Of a stretch of DNA of 64,000 bases, positions 40,721 to 55,629 are shown in pieces. The stretch spans positions 88,536,001 through 88,600,000 of the forward strand of contig OZ024745.1 of assembly GCA_964016885.1 (NCBI GenBank), given 5' to 3'. This DNA comes from Eledone cirrhosa. Its lineage: Eukaryota. Below the pieces are notes generated by a model. It made no database searches. It was not told the DNA's origin and was given only the letters and a program-made list of their open reading frames with translations. Position numbers and translations under genes: made by a program. Each line of letters begins with the position of its first letter. The first letter of the stretch is position 1.

Positions 40721-41340
40721 TATATATTATTACCAATTGGAAAGACCAACGGAAACATTGTTTCCTCGGTCCGATTTGATGAAAGTCGATCGATCGTTCC
40801 TATATATATATATAATAATAAGTTGACGGACCCGGCGTATTTAACAATGCCTGGTCCCGTTGCATTGCAGCGTACTCAATATATAATGTAGAATACATTC
40901 CAGAGTATACACATTGTTATTCGCTTCAACACAACACACGTAAACGGGTGTCTTTATTAGTTACCGGACTCGAGAGTCGGCCGCGCTTAATGCAGCAATA
41001 GGGTGCACTGCACCCTCTGTCTGTATATGGGTTCATCAGCGTGTATCGCCTAATCAATAACCAATCGATCGACAGTTTAACGCCAGTCTAAGCCGGCTTG
41101 ACTATATCTGACGGCTGACACAGTAAAGTGATTAGCAACTGAAATTTAATACAAATCCGTCCCCCGACAAATTTACGAGATGGCAGGAGATTAGAAAATA
41201 AATATGTTCACTCCCACCAAAAGCCCTCAGCCAACGTGTCTCAAACACAAAATTATAAGATAGTGAATAGTTGGCTATTAGAAAAAGTAATTCCACATCT
41301 TTGCACAGTAGAATAGTTGCATTCAGCTCTAGTCTCCACG

Positions 41341-41422
<82 letters not shown>

Positions 41423-42052
41423 CTATAAATTATGTCCATAGAATCATTTGATAAGATATATATACACCATTTCATCTCCCAATCAGCATAATCAACCATA
41501 CAAAAAACCAATTAAACCAGGCTATAAGATTAAAAGGGACCTATGAAGAAATAATAGATAAATAAACGACAGCCATCTATTCGTGATCAGCAGCTATATA
41601 ATATTTACCCACCATTTCAATAGCACGTGGAAATTGATTAAATATATCGTCAACCATACACAATTAGGTATACAATTAAAGTTAGAAGAAAAAATGTATA
41701 TAAACATAACAGGATTACATTTCTACCCCTTGGGATTTCATTCGCTTTTGGAAATATCCGATCAAGGATAAATTTTCGAACTTGGAAATCATCAGGAAAC
41801 AAACTCACTTGGACGAAGATTTTTCTTAAATGATCCCCGCCAGAAACGAATTCAAAATGGCTAAGAACTGTGGCGTGGCAGTGGTCAAGCCAGAAAGAAT
41901 GTGATTGGTACCTTACGTCGAGTGAGCTGGTTGCTAGAAAGCGCAGTCTAATATTGCCTAAATTGCATCTCAACCTTGTGGGAGATTATCAAATATAAAG
42001 ATTTACATATACACTAACTAGACAAAGTCATATATATATATATATATGTTTT

Positions 42053-42116
<64 letters not shown>

Positions 42117-42139
42117 GAGCCAGAGAGGTGCAAAATACC

Positions 42140-42196
<57 letters not shown>

Positions 42197-42198
<2 letters not shown>

Positions 42199-42643
42199 GA
42201 GAGATGAATCTACCAAAGTGTCCAATCCGTATGAAGAACTCAATGTAATCCAAATATCATGAAAGGAGAAGATATATTCAACATTTTTTCGATGAAAAAC
42301 ACAGGAAAACAGAGTCAAGATAAATTAATAAAAATAATGAATAAAAACAAAGAAACAATTCCTTATATTAAAAAATTCATCATTTTACGATCGTTTCTAG
42401 GATATATATGTGTGTGTTGGTAAGTATATCATATAGATCTATGTAACATTTTTACAAACTATCAGAGGGAATATAGATACCTACACATATATATGCTGTC
42501 TTCAGAAATAATCATACACATTTTACATAGATCTATATGATACACATACCAACACACACATATATATCCTAGAAACGATCGTAAAATGATGAATTTTTTT
42601 ATATAAGGAACTGTTTCTTTGTTTTTATTCATTATTTTTATTA

Positions 42644-42650
<7 letters not shown>
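42197..42650. mobile_element. Fold-back PLE pLTR with a minus-strand HHR (42381-42510) that has a ~100 nt helix II domain
   Basis: Inverted arms ~42320-42446 and ~42523-42649. The minus strand reads tattt-CTGAAGA-cagc-atatatatgtgt...acacatatatat-ccta-GAAA-cgatcg-TA-aaatg. Confidence 0.75.
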
Positions 42651-42684
<34 letters not shown>

Positions 42685-43663
42685 AACACATATAGGTATG
42701 TATGTGTGAGTACGTGTGCATGTGTTATATTTACTCGGATTTCACTTTTAATTGTTTCACTTTCACTTTTATTCATTCCCTATTTAGATTACTCACTAAA
42801 CGGTAGTTATGTTATCAGATATATGTGTTTAAAAATAGTTTTTAGACCTAGTTCACTCTCATATATATCATCGTTTTTACAACAATATCTACTCTAAGCA
42901 GAAGGGGAGCGGGTCATAGTGACGTCATGACTCCTTGATGGCCTTCTGTCAGCCGAATTCCCATAGCTCACTTTTTAAATGTTTTCCTAGTTTCAAATGA
43001 CAAATAGGTAACCAGATATTCTGTATGAAATATTTTATTTATTTTTTTCTCCACTTTCTCTTACAGATCGTTATCCAGTTATGCATATACTTTTTAATGA
43101 AGATCTCTTCCTCTACTATCTGTTACTGGCATATCTTCCTCTTTTATATCGACATCTTCCTCTGTTTATTTAATATTCTCCATTTACTTTTAAACCTATG
43201 AACAGAAAAACAATAATTTAGAAAAAAACAATGTTCTATTATATCCTAGATAGCTCAACATACTAATGTGATCCAACGTTTCTCTGGATTAGGGTCATAA
43301 AGTACAGAAAATTATACGAATTGAAAGCAACACTGGTAAAGAACAATTTTCGTAAAAAATAAACAAAACCTACGGTGAGCGAACAGATAAAAAAATTATC
43401 AGCGTAACAGGTTTAACTAGATCTATTTATTTGCATGCAGGTCTGAACAGTAGTAAATTTTCTCAGATGGTTTCTGAGGATAAATGGCAGAACGGACATA
43501 TTTTATCGAGGCTAATAATGTGGAGATACACATAACTGTTATGGGTGAGTCGAACATCAATAATATCTTGGTTCACTTTGCCTTTGAAACGATGGTAAAA
43601 CAATTGATTAATTAAGCAGCAGATGTCGTCATCTTTTTATTGTTGAATATACACACACACGCG

Positions 43664-43716
<53 letters not shown>

Positions 43717-44359
43717 ATCCGGATTGAATGCAACAAATGTAAGGGTTTCTACATTGGTAGCACGCCTCGAGCACTCCACACTTGCCTTAAAGAACACCTC
43801 AACACACACGCACTCTCATTAAAAAAACACATTCACAAATGTAGAAATATCAACCAACAAATTATTGTAACTATTGAAGCTAGAGATAGAAATGTGGGCA
43901 ATTTAAGAATTAAAGAAGCCTTTCTCGATTTAACCCGCAAATAAATAATAGATTAGAACTCAGCACACAATATTTAACATAAAAAGATACACCCACAGGC
44001 ACACAAACTAAACAACAATTCGTATGAAAAATAGAGTTGATATCGTGAAATACTACATTGGCAATTGATGTCTTTCTCTTGAATAGCGAAATAACCATCA
44101 AAATCGCTTGAAAACGACTTACATTTAAATCAAAATTTAATCCCAAAAGAGAGGAAATTGGAACATTATCCTCTGAAAGTTCCTTAAACCGTGAAGAAGG
44201 GACTTTTAGGTCCTGAAATATTGGACTGAAAAAAGAAAAAAGAACAACAAAAATCTAAACAGAGGTTACCAGGTTATTTACTTTTCGTTATCTCATCTTG
44301 CAGTCCATTTCGAATTGTTTAACCGTCTAACTCTTTACACCTTATATATATACATATAT

Positions 44360-44783
44360 ATATATAATATAAGATCAAAAGATGGTTAAAGGAGTTCCAT
44401 GTATTTTATTATGCGCATTTCAAAAACAAACATCATCATGCAATAATATTTGTGTTTTCATCAGATAAAACAGGAGAACATGATATGAAGGCTAAAAAAC
44501 ACTTGTGGATAGTGCAGTTTTAAATCAACATGTTGATTTAAAACTGCACTATCCACATATGTTTTTTAGCCTTCATATCATGTTCTCCTGTTTTATCTGA
44601 TGAAAACACAAATATTATTGCATGATGATGTTTGTTTTTGAAATGCGCATAATAAAATACATGGAACTCCTTTAACCATCTTTTGATCTTATATTATGTA
44701 TACTCCAGTTCTACAAACTGTAGAGTGCTTCTTATCCGATATCTGCATTGCTTTATTGTACTACAATAAAACTCACCTCCTAC

Positions 44784-44785
<2 letters not shown>
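44360..44785. mobile_element. Near-perfect spacerless ~340 bp palindrome (44360-44700) with an intact HHR on both strands
   Basis: The centre is aatcaacatgttgatt. The plus HHR (44589-44659) reads tgttttat-CTGATGA-aaacacaaat...gtttgttttt-GAAA-tgcgca-TA-ataaaata, and its mirror is at 44402-44472. Confidence 0.9.
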
Positions 44786-44857
<72 letters not shown>

Positions 44858-44859
44858 TA

Positions 44860-45437
44860 TATAAAAATAAAAAATTAGGATTGGTGCTCTGAAATAGCGA
44901 TGTATACATGAATGCATGTATAGTATATTTGGCAATATACCGTATGTTTAATTAAAAACATTTTGAAGAACTTGCGCTATCATTTCTAAAGTAGTGACTA
45001 TGTCACTTATTTCTATTTTCGGCAAAGGAAGGGAGAGAAACTGACAGATTCTGTTTCACACTGTAGGTGATCCTCAGAGCAATTTGCCGAAAATTATAGA
45101 GACTGGTTTCTTATAGAATTCCAGTAATAATCTGGAACTGATTATACAGAGCTATTGCCGGTCCAGCAAAAATTAAGAATCCAGCCTCTATAATTTTCGG
45201 CAAAGGCTCTGAGGACCACCTACAGTATGAAACAGAATATGTCAGCTTCTCTCCCTTCCTTTGACGAAAAAAGAAGTAAATGACATAGTCACTACTTTAA
45301 AAATGATAGCGCAAGGTCTTCAAAATGTTTTTAATTATACATACGGTATATTGCTAAATATACTATACCTACATTCATATATACATCGTTATTTCAGGGA
45401 ACAATCCTAATTTTTAATTTTTATCTAATATATATAG

Positions 45438-45440
<3 letters not shown>
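44860..45440. mobile_element. Fold-back PLE pLTR with HHRs at 45040-45080 (-) and 45205-45247 (+)
   Basis: gct-CTGAGGA-tcac(ctaca)gtgt-GAAA-cag(aat)ctg-TC-agt, with ~250 bp inverted arms. The same family recurs at 46790-46975 and 48788-49058. Confidence 0.85.
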
Positions 45441-45468
<28 letters not shown>

Positions 45469-45474
45469 ATAATA

Positions 45475-45790
45475 ATAAAATATAATATAATATAATTAAA
45501 AGTTTAACAAGGTTCAATGAATTCATCAATGAATAAAGTTTCACAATAGATTAGAAGCACTCTACAAGTATGTTTTCTGGAGTTATTAATATTACTTCAG
45601 ATTATTAATAATTATAGACATTTAGTCATGGCATGACTAAATTATAACCATCAACATAGTCAAGGTATGTCAGGCAACAACTTAATTTATCTGATGAGGA
45701 CGTACTGTTGGAATAGCTCAGTACCTCTGAATTATATATAATAAAATATATTTGATCACATGAATGTCTATATTTATTAATATTTTGAAG
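45475..45790. mobile_element. Naiad-type pLTR remnant with a mutated HHR (GAAT core) at 45685-45746
   Basis: tttat-CTGATGA-ggacgtactg..cagtacctct-GAAT-tatata-TA-ataaa, preceded by an inverted pLTR end containing aagcactcta. Confidence 0.6.
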
Positions 45791-45909
45791 TAATATATAT
45801 TGTATATATATAAATATAAATATATTACACAAAGAGAATTCTCTATTCCTTGAGCTAATATTATTATTACTGTGAACTGCGGAATACTCTTAATTCCGAT
45901 CCCCGTATA

Positions 45910-45945
<36 letters not shown>

Positions 45946-45954
45946 TATGAATAT

Positions 45955-48590
<2,636 letters not shown>

Positions 48591-48620
48591 AATATATATG
48601 TGTATATATATATATATATA

Positions 48621-49057
<437 letters not shown>

Positions 49058-49058
<1 letters not shown>

Positions 49059-50035
49059 GGAGAATATAAATGGCTGTGTAGTTGCTATTTAAGGTAACTT
49101 AAAATGCAGTGGATATACGAAGAAAGCAAGAACGGGGGGGGGGGTCCTCATCAGTTGTCTACTGGAGGTCTAGGATATTTCTACGCTTTAAAGACAAGAT
49201 ACCACTTCACCCTAGGGCGTCAATAACTGGATAAGTTATGTGGAAAACGAAGGCAGGGTGGAAAGAAAGCAAAAGGGAAGAAAAGGGAAAACAGTAACAA
49301 AACACCGAAAAAAACCCAACAAACTGAGCAATGTGTGGTTTGTAGGTAGGAAATCCAAGACCACTCTATAAGAGAACTTAAGTTCAAGACTGAGCAGTCG
49401 AGAGGAACAAGACACACGTCCGATCGCCGCAGTTGTAAGTGAGAAGAGAACTGCTAAGCGGTCAGACGAGGGAGAAAGGGACAGGAAGAAGGTGGGGTAA
49501 GAGTAGATAGCGAGAAAGGCAGGGGAAGAAAGATGGGTGAGAGTATAAAGTGGCGAAATAGGTAGGTAGAAGGGGAGAGAAGAATGGTCTCAGAGAAAAA
49601 CATGATGATATATATGGAGAATAGAAATGGCTGGGTAGTTGTTATTTAAGGTAACGTAAAATGCAGTGGGATTACAAAGAAAGCAAGAATATGGGGGGGG
49701 TCCTCATCAGTTTTTTACTGGGTGTCTCGGATATTTCTACTCTTTAAAGAAAAGATACCACTTCACCCCAGGGCGTCAATAACTGGATAAGTTATTGGGA
49801 AAACGAAGGAAGGAGGGAAGGAAAGGGAAAACAGTACCAAAACAGCGAAAAAAACCAAAAAACTGAGCAATGTGCGAGCAGCTATAGGTAGGAAATCCAA
49901 AACCACTCTATAAGAGAACTTAAGTTCAAGACTGAGCAGTCGGGAGGAACAAGACACACGTCCGATCGCCGCAGTTGGAAGTGAGAAGAGAACTGCTAAG
50001 CAGTCAGACGAGGGGGTGAAAGTGAGAGGGAGAAT
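49058..50035 (-). repeat. Tandem dimer of a ~555 bp pLTR-like unit containing only the CTGATGA half of an HHR
   Basis: Units start at ~49058 and ~49615. The minus strand reads aa-CTGATGA-ggaccccc..ttcttgc with no GAAA following. Confidence 0.7.
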
Positions 50036-50049
50036 ATATATATATATAT

Positions 50050-50305
50050 ATGTGAAGTATTTCCGTAGGATATGTAACGGAAAAGAGAATACTCTATGTA
50101 GGCTACTGAGCTTTTTAATTATCTAATAACAACATGAGATAATTAATTCATTTACCAGTTGTTTCTTGAAGACAGATATGTATATCTTTCTTCAGTCGTC
50201 AGAATGAATAATGTTATTCTTTCTGACGACTGAAGACAGATATAAATATCTGCCTTCAAGAAACCATTCGGAAGTGAATTAATTATCTTATGTTGTTTAT
50301 TATAA
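50050..50305. mobile_element. Fold-back pLTR with an HHR on the minus strand (50146-50209) and a damaged mirror copy on plus
   Basis: attcatt-CTGACGA-ctgaagaaagatat(ac)atatctgtcttcaa-GAAA-caactgg-TA-aatgaat. The palindrome centre is at ~50212. Confidence 0.8.
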
Positions 50306-50306
50306 C

Positions 50307-50337
<31 letters not shown>

Positions 50338-50339
50338 TC

Positions 50340-50734
50340 GGAAAAGATTGTTTTGGTAAAAACATGGAGTAAGCAGAAGAAAGCTCTCATCAATCGTTGT
50401 TTTAGTTACGATGGAGAATTTTATAAAATAACAAAATAAGATGCTGAGATTACATATATCGTTTAATCATAATAATTATTTCCACGGTTCTCCATGCAAT
50501 CGAGATGTCCTTCATGCATTTGCTATTGATTATGAGAACGGTATCGCTGGGCGCACAGGCATTAGGATGTGTGTTTTCTTGCCAGCGACATATCAAATAT
50601 ATTGATTTTCATCTGAGGAAACCGTTCTCATAATCAACAGCAAATGCATGAAGAAAATCTCGATTGCATGGAGAACCGTAGAAATAATTATTATGATTAA
50701 ACGATATATGTAATCTCAGCATCTTATTTTGTTA

Positions 50735-50745
<11 letters not shown>
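50340..50745. mobile_element. Fold-back pLTR with a plus-strand HHR (50609-50696) that has an extended helix II
   Basis: tcat-CTGAGGA-aaccgttctc...gagaaccgta-GAAA-taatta-TT-atga. Arms are ~50422-50541 and ~50621-50740. Confidence 0.8.
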
Positions 50746-50797
<52 letters not shown>

Positions 50798-50996
50798 TTT
50801 TTCTCGCGAATCAGTTCCTTCGTTGCTACGGTCCCCGCGGTTGAATTACCGGTCGCTATATTCAATTTGCAAATCCCTTTAAACGGATTGTTATTACTCT
50901 AAGGTTTTATACCTTATTGAGTGCTTGGCTGCACTTTTGTTTGCATTCGTTGGCTTAGCTGCGGCTCGAGGTTCGACTATGCTGTACTTCCATTTG

Positions 50997-51029
<33 letters not shown>

Positions 51030-51049
51030 CATATATATATAAAATATAC

Positions 51050-51543
51050 ACGATGTAATGTTATGGAAAGCACTCAAAGTAATGCAACCACCCGTTGGCA
51101 TTTGTGTAGTTGATGGTGCGAGAGCGGAGTTAATTATTACAAAATAAAGGGAGGCATGTTCTGGTGTAAATCCTTGAATGGTTTATTATACTATTATCAT
51201 TTTAATGACCGGGTTCAGCATGAATCCGGTGACATCATCAGGTAATTCAAAATATAACGAAGGAATATAACAGATAAAAATCCTTGGTGTTTAAATCAGA
51301 GAAAAGAGGGCGGCCGATAATTTAGCAGCCTGTAGCTGCGTCGTCCACCAAGCTGCTAAAATATCGGGCGCCCTCTTTTCTCTGATTTAAACACCGAGGA
51401 TTTTTATCTGTTATATTCCTTCGTTATATTTTGAATTACCTGATGATATCACCGAATTCGTGCTGAACCCGGTCATTAGAATGATCATAGTATAATAAAC
51501 CATTCAAGGATTTACATCAGAACATGCCTCCTCTTATTTTTTA

Positions 51544-51545
<2 letters not shown>
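51050..51545. mobile_element. Fold-back pLTR with a degenerate HHR (CTGATGA...GAAC-ccgg-TC) on both arms
   Basis: Inverted arms ~51140-51330 and ~51352-51541. Confidence 0.7.
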
Positions 51546-51600
<55 letters not shown>

Positions 51601-51788
51601 ATAAAGTAAAATATATAGTATAGTATAGTATAGTATTACTGTTGAAAGTATATAGTAATAGTCTTATAGAAACCAATTCTATATTAAACATGATGCTTAC
51701 ACTGTAGCGAGTCTGTGGTTAGCCCTGATTGAACCCGAGACTCTGTCTCACACATATATATACACACACACACACACCCAGACACTCA

Positions 51789-52091
<303 letters not shown>

Positions 52092-52114
52092 TATATATAT
52101 ATATATATATATGC

Positions 52115-52145
<31 letters not shown>

Positions 52146-52171
52146 GTGAGTGTGTGTATGTGTATGTGTGC

Positions 52172-52361
52172 GTATCCCGGGTTCAATCAGGGGTAACCAC
52201 AGTAAGTAAGGTACTCAATACATAGCAGAGTATACACATTTAATATAGAAATGGCTTTTACAGGAATAGAACAGGTTTCATTCGAAGGAAATCACCAGGA
52301 ATGGGCTTTCTTGATGATTTCCATTGAATGGAACAGTAGTTTTAATCCTGCAAAAACCATT

Positions 52362-52370
<9 letters not shown>
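52172..52370. mobile_element. Fold-back pLTR fragment with a degenerate HHR related to the 3011 ribozyme
   Basis: Palindrome 52240-52370. The minus strand reads ttc-CTGGTGA-tttccttcgaat-GAAA-c..ctg-TA. An inverted relative of its end is at ~51665-51740. Confidence 0.55.
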
Positions 52371-52410
<40 letters not shown>

Positions 52411-52413
<3 letters not shown>

Positions 52414-52995
52414 TGGCTACCAACTCGTTTTCAAGTATGGCCACTACTGTATATCCATGTAGCGGAACCCCTACCGATGCGCTGAACGAGTGTGACTTTT
52501 TAGTCCAGCCAGCGACTTGAAAACTCTTGTACAAACACTACACTTGTGACAATTATTGACACATAGTGCTGGGCCCATGGTACCATATGACGACAAGTGC
52601 AGAGAGACCTCCAGATATAACGCAATGCCTGTGCCGTGAAGCTTTTATAGTGAGCAAGCGCACTGCACAAAGCCAGTCCCACTCTCTTAACCAAGATGAT
52701 ATTTACCAAAAAGAAGAACAAGTCAACATCAGTGGATACCATCAGGGTTGCAGGTGTTATATCAGAGTTTTCCTTCTCCAAGAATTCTGCCTCCCGGTGA
52801 TTTTGGATGGCCATTGACTCTTAAGAGCTCCTTTGCCCTTTCACAGGTTTTGTTTTTATCCTGCGGGATGTCCAAAGTCACCCACCTCATCCAGAAACCT
52901 TGGTGGGGTTGCCAGTTTAGTCGCCAACGACCCGACCATGGGACAGGTTGTACTGGGATACATGTTACCAGTAGCACCAACTGGTGACCTGACAT
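52411..52995 (-). mobile_element. Family X non-autonomous retroposon, copy 3
   Basis: Same termini as the other copies, an internal ~25 bp deletion and TA tracts on both sides. Confidence 0.75.
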
Positions 52996-53027
52996 ATATA
53001 TACACATATATACATATATATATACGC

Positions 53028-53186
<159 letters not shown>

Positions 53187-53204
53187 CATATATATACATA
53201 TATA

Positions 53205-53304
<100 letters not shown>

Positions 53305-53429
53305 CTAGCTGGCGCCCGGTACCATTGGTGTGTTCTACGGCATCCATATATATATATATAGCTGACGTACCTAGCTTCGCTTGGATAAACAGACGATAAT
53401 CCATCTGTGCGCTATAGTATGTTTGTTGA

Positions 53430-53810
53430 AAACATATAGTATAGTATTACTGTTGAAAATATATAGTACAGTACAGTATTACTGTTGAAAATATTTACTA
53501 TAGTATTGTTGTTGAAAATATATACTATAGTATTACTGTTGAAAATATAGAGCATATTGCAGTATTACTGTTAAACATATATAGTATAGTATTACTGTTG
53601 AAAATATATAGTACTGTATTACTGTTGAAAACATATAGTACAGTACATTATTACAGTACATTACTGTTGAACATATATAGTGTATTAAATATTTCTGTTG
53701 AAAATATATAGTACAGTATAATATTACTGTTGATAATATATAGTGTAGTACAGTATTATTGTTGAAAATATATAGTATAGTATAGTATTACTGTTGAAAG
53801 TATATAGTAC
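53430..53810. repeat. ~28-33 bp minisatellite (tatagtattactgttgaaaata), about 12 copies
   Basis: Seen directly; one more unit is at ~51615-51660. Confidence 0.9.
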
Positions 53811-53991
53811 TGGGTGGCTGGTCCGGCTCGCGCCCGTGCTGGCCTTGTGCCAAACGTAGAAACAATTATACTTCTTTTTTATACAACTGTAAATAACTTG
53901 TTTATGTATGTATATTACGCATATATACGTATAAAGGAATGCTGTAATAAAATGTACAAATTAAACTCCCTCTTATTTATGATACTAACAC

Positions 53992-54082
<91 letters not shown>

Positions 54083-54209
54083 AAAGTTATATTTAAATTG
54101 TTGGGTTACAACTAGTAAATATTTATAACTGATATAAAAGCACTCGACAAGTATTTGGAGTATATTTACGATATTAAATAAATGGAAACTATATTTATAA
54201 AACCATATT

Positions 54210-54275
54210 TATTTCATTATATATATTTCAGGGATATCATATTAACAATATGCTATGCCTTCCTCAGACAAAATA
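54210..54275 (-). ncRNA. Type I HHR in the 3' pLTR
   Basis: tattttgt-CTGAGGA-aggcatagcatatt(gtt)aatatgatatccct-GAAA-tatata-TA-atgaaata. Confidence 0.85.
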
Positions 54276-55629
54276 CAATATAAACAGTTTTATAGATAAA
54301 TAGATTTGACATACCGTACAACATCGACTTGTATTTGAAAAGTTGAATTGGCAGTGAAAAAATTGTACACAGAGAGAAAGAAAGAGAGAAAAAAGGAAAG
54401 AAAGACAGAAAACGAAGAAAAAGAAGAACAAGAAGAAATGCATGGAACAAAATAGAGAGATGGAAAGATAGATAAAGAGAGGAGAAGAACTTCATGTAAA
54501 GAAACAGAGAGAGATATATATATAGAGAGAGAGGAAATAGAGATAGATATATATATATAGAAAACTAGGTAGTGGGAATATCCGTTGAGTAAACGTATCA
54601 ATGATACATTTATTTATTTATTTATTTATTTAGCTCTAGTATTAATGTAAGGGAGATATATGTGGTTAGGAGAGAAACCAGCTGTTATATATAGAGAAAA
54701 ATTAAAAATAACCAGACATAGGCGAGGCATAAAAACCCTATGTTTTAATGTAGAGGTATTAGTATGTATAAAAACCAGCCACTATATTGTAAATATCAGT
54801 ATTCCTGAATGAGACATGTATCCATAATGTGTGAAAAGTAATGATCTTATGTTTAGTTTTTAAAAAAAAATTCATATGTTTATGTGATAACTACAAACAT
54901 CTATGTGAATTTACATGATCAACTCTGCAAACCCTAAGTTCACGGAAAACATTCTCATTGTGCTATAAAAATTTAAGTATACATATATGTGTATATATAT
55001 ACACACATATATATATAGAGTCTATATTACTACTATTGTCTTTACTCTACAAGATTATCTATCAAGCAGAAATAGAGAGCAGATTTCAATATATTAATAA
55101 AAAAAATATATATCAGAAACAAAACCAAAAAATAACAATAATAATAATAATAATAAATAATAATAAAATAGAAAACTAAAAAATATTACGAAAGAATATT
55201 ACATATAAAAATATTACATATTAAAAATAAAAATATTAGAAAATACTACAATAATAAAAATAAACCACAAAGATCAACCCTTCAAAATTAATTGACAATA
55301 TATTGCCAAGTTCATTATAAGCATCAGAGTCGAAAAACAGATAAAACTAAACATTATTTATCAAATCGCATCTAGCAAAAATCATTTCAAAAAGTTTAGG
55401 ATGCCCATTTGGTCTACATGTGTTCTTATATTTAATATAGAAGTTTATCTAGTGTAACGTTTATTCGAAATATTTGGAGCATCAACTTTTAGGGTAGCTT
55501 AATTTTTCATGAAGAATGTTTAAATAAAAATAAAAATAAAAATAAAAAGAATAAAAAGAAGAAATCGAAAGATTTATCGGCTAGTTTCCCATATAATTAT
55601 AAATCAAACTAAATATACTACATTTTAAA

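Noticed and set aside
53430-53810. CRISPR-like array
   Set aside because: Eukaryotic context, and the repeats are contiguous and degenerate with no unique spacers.
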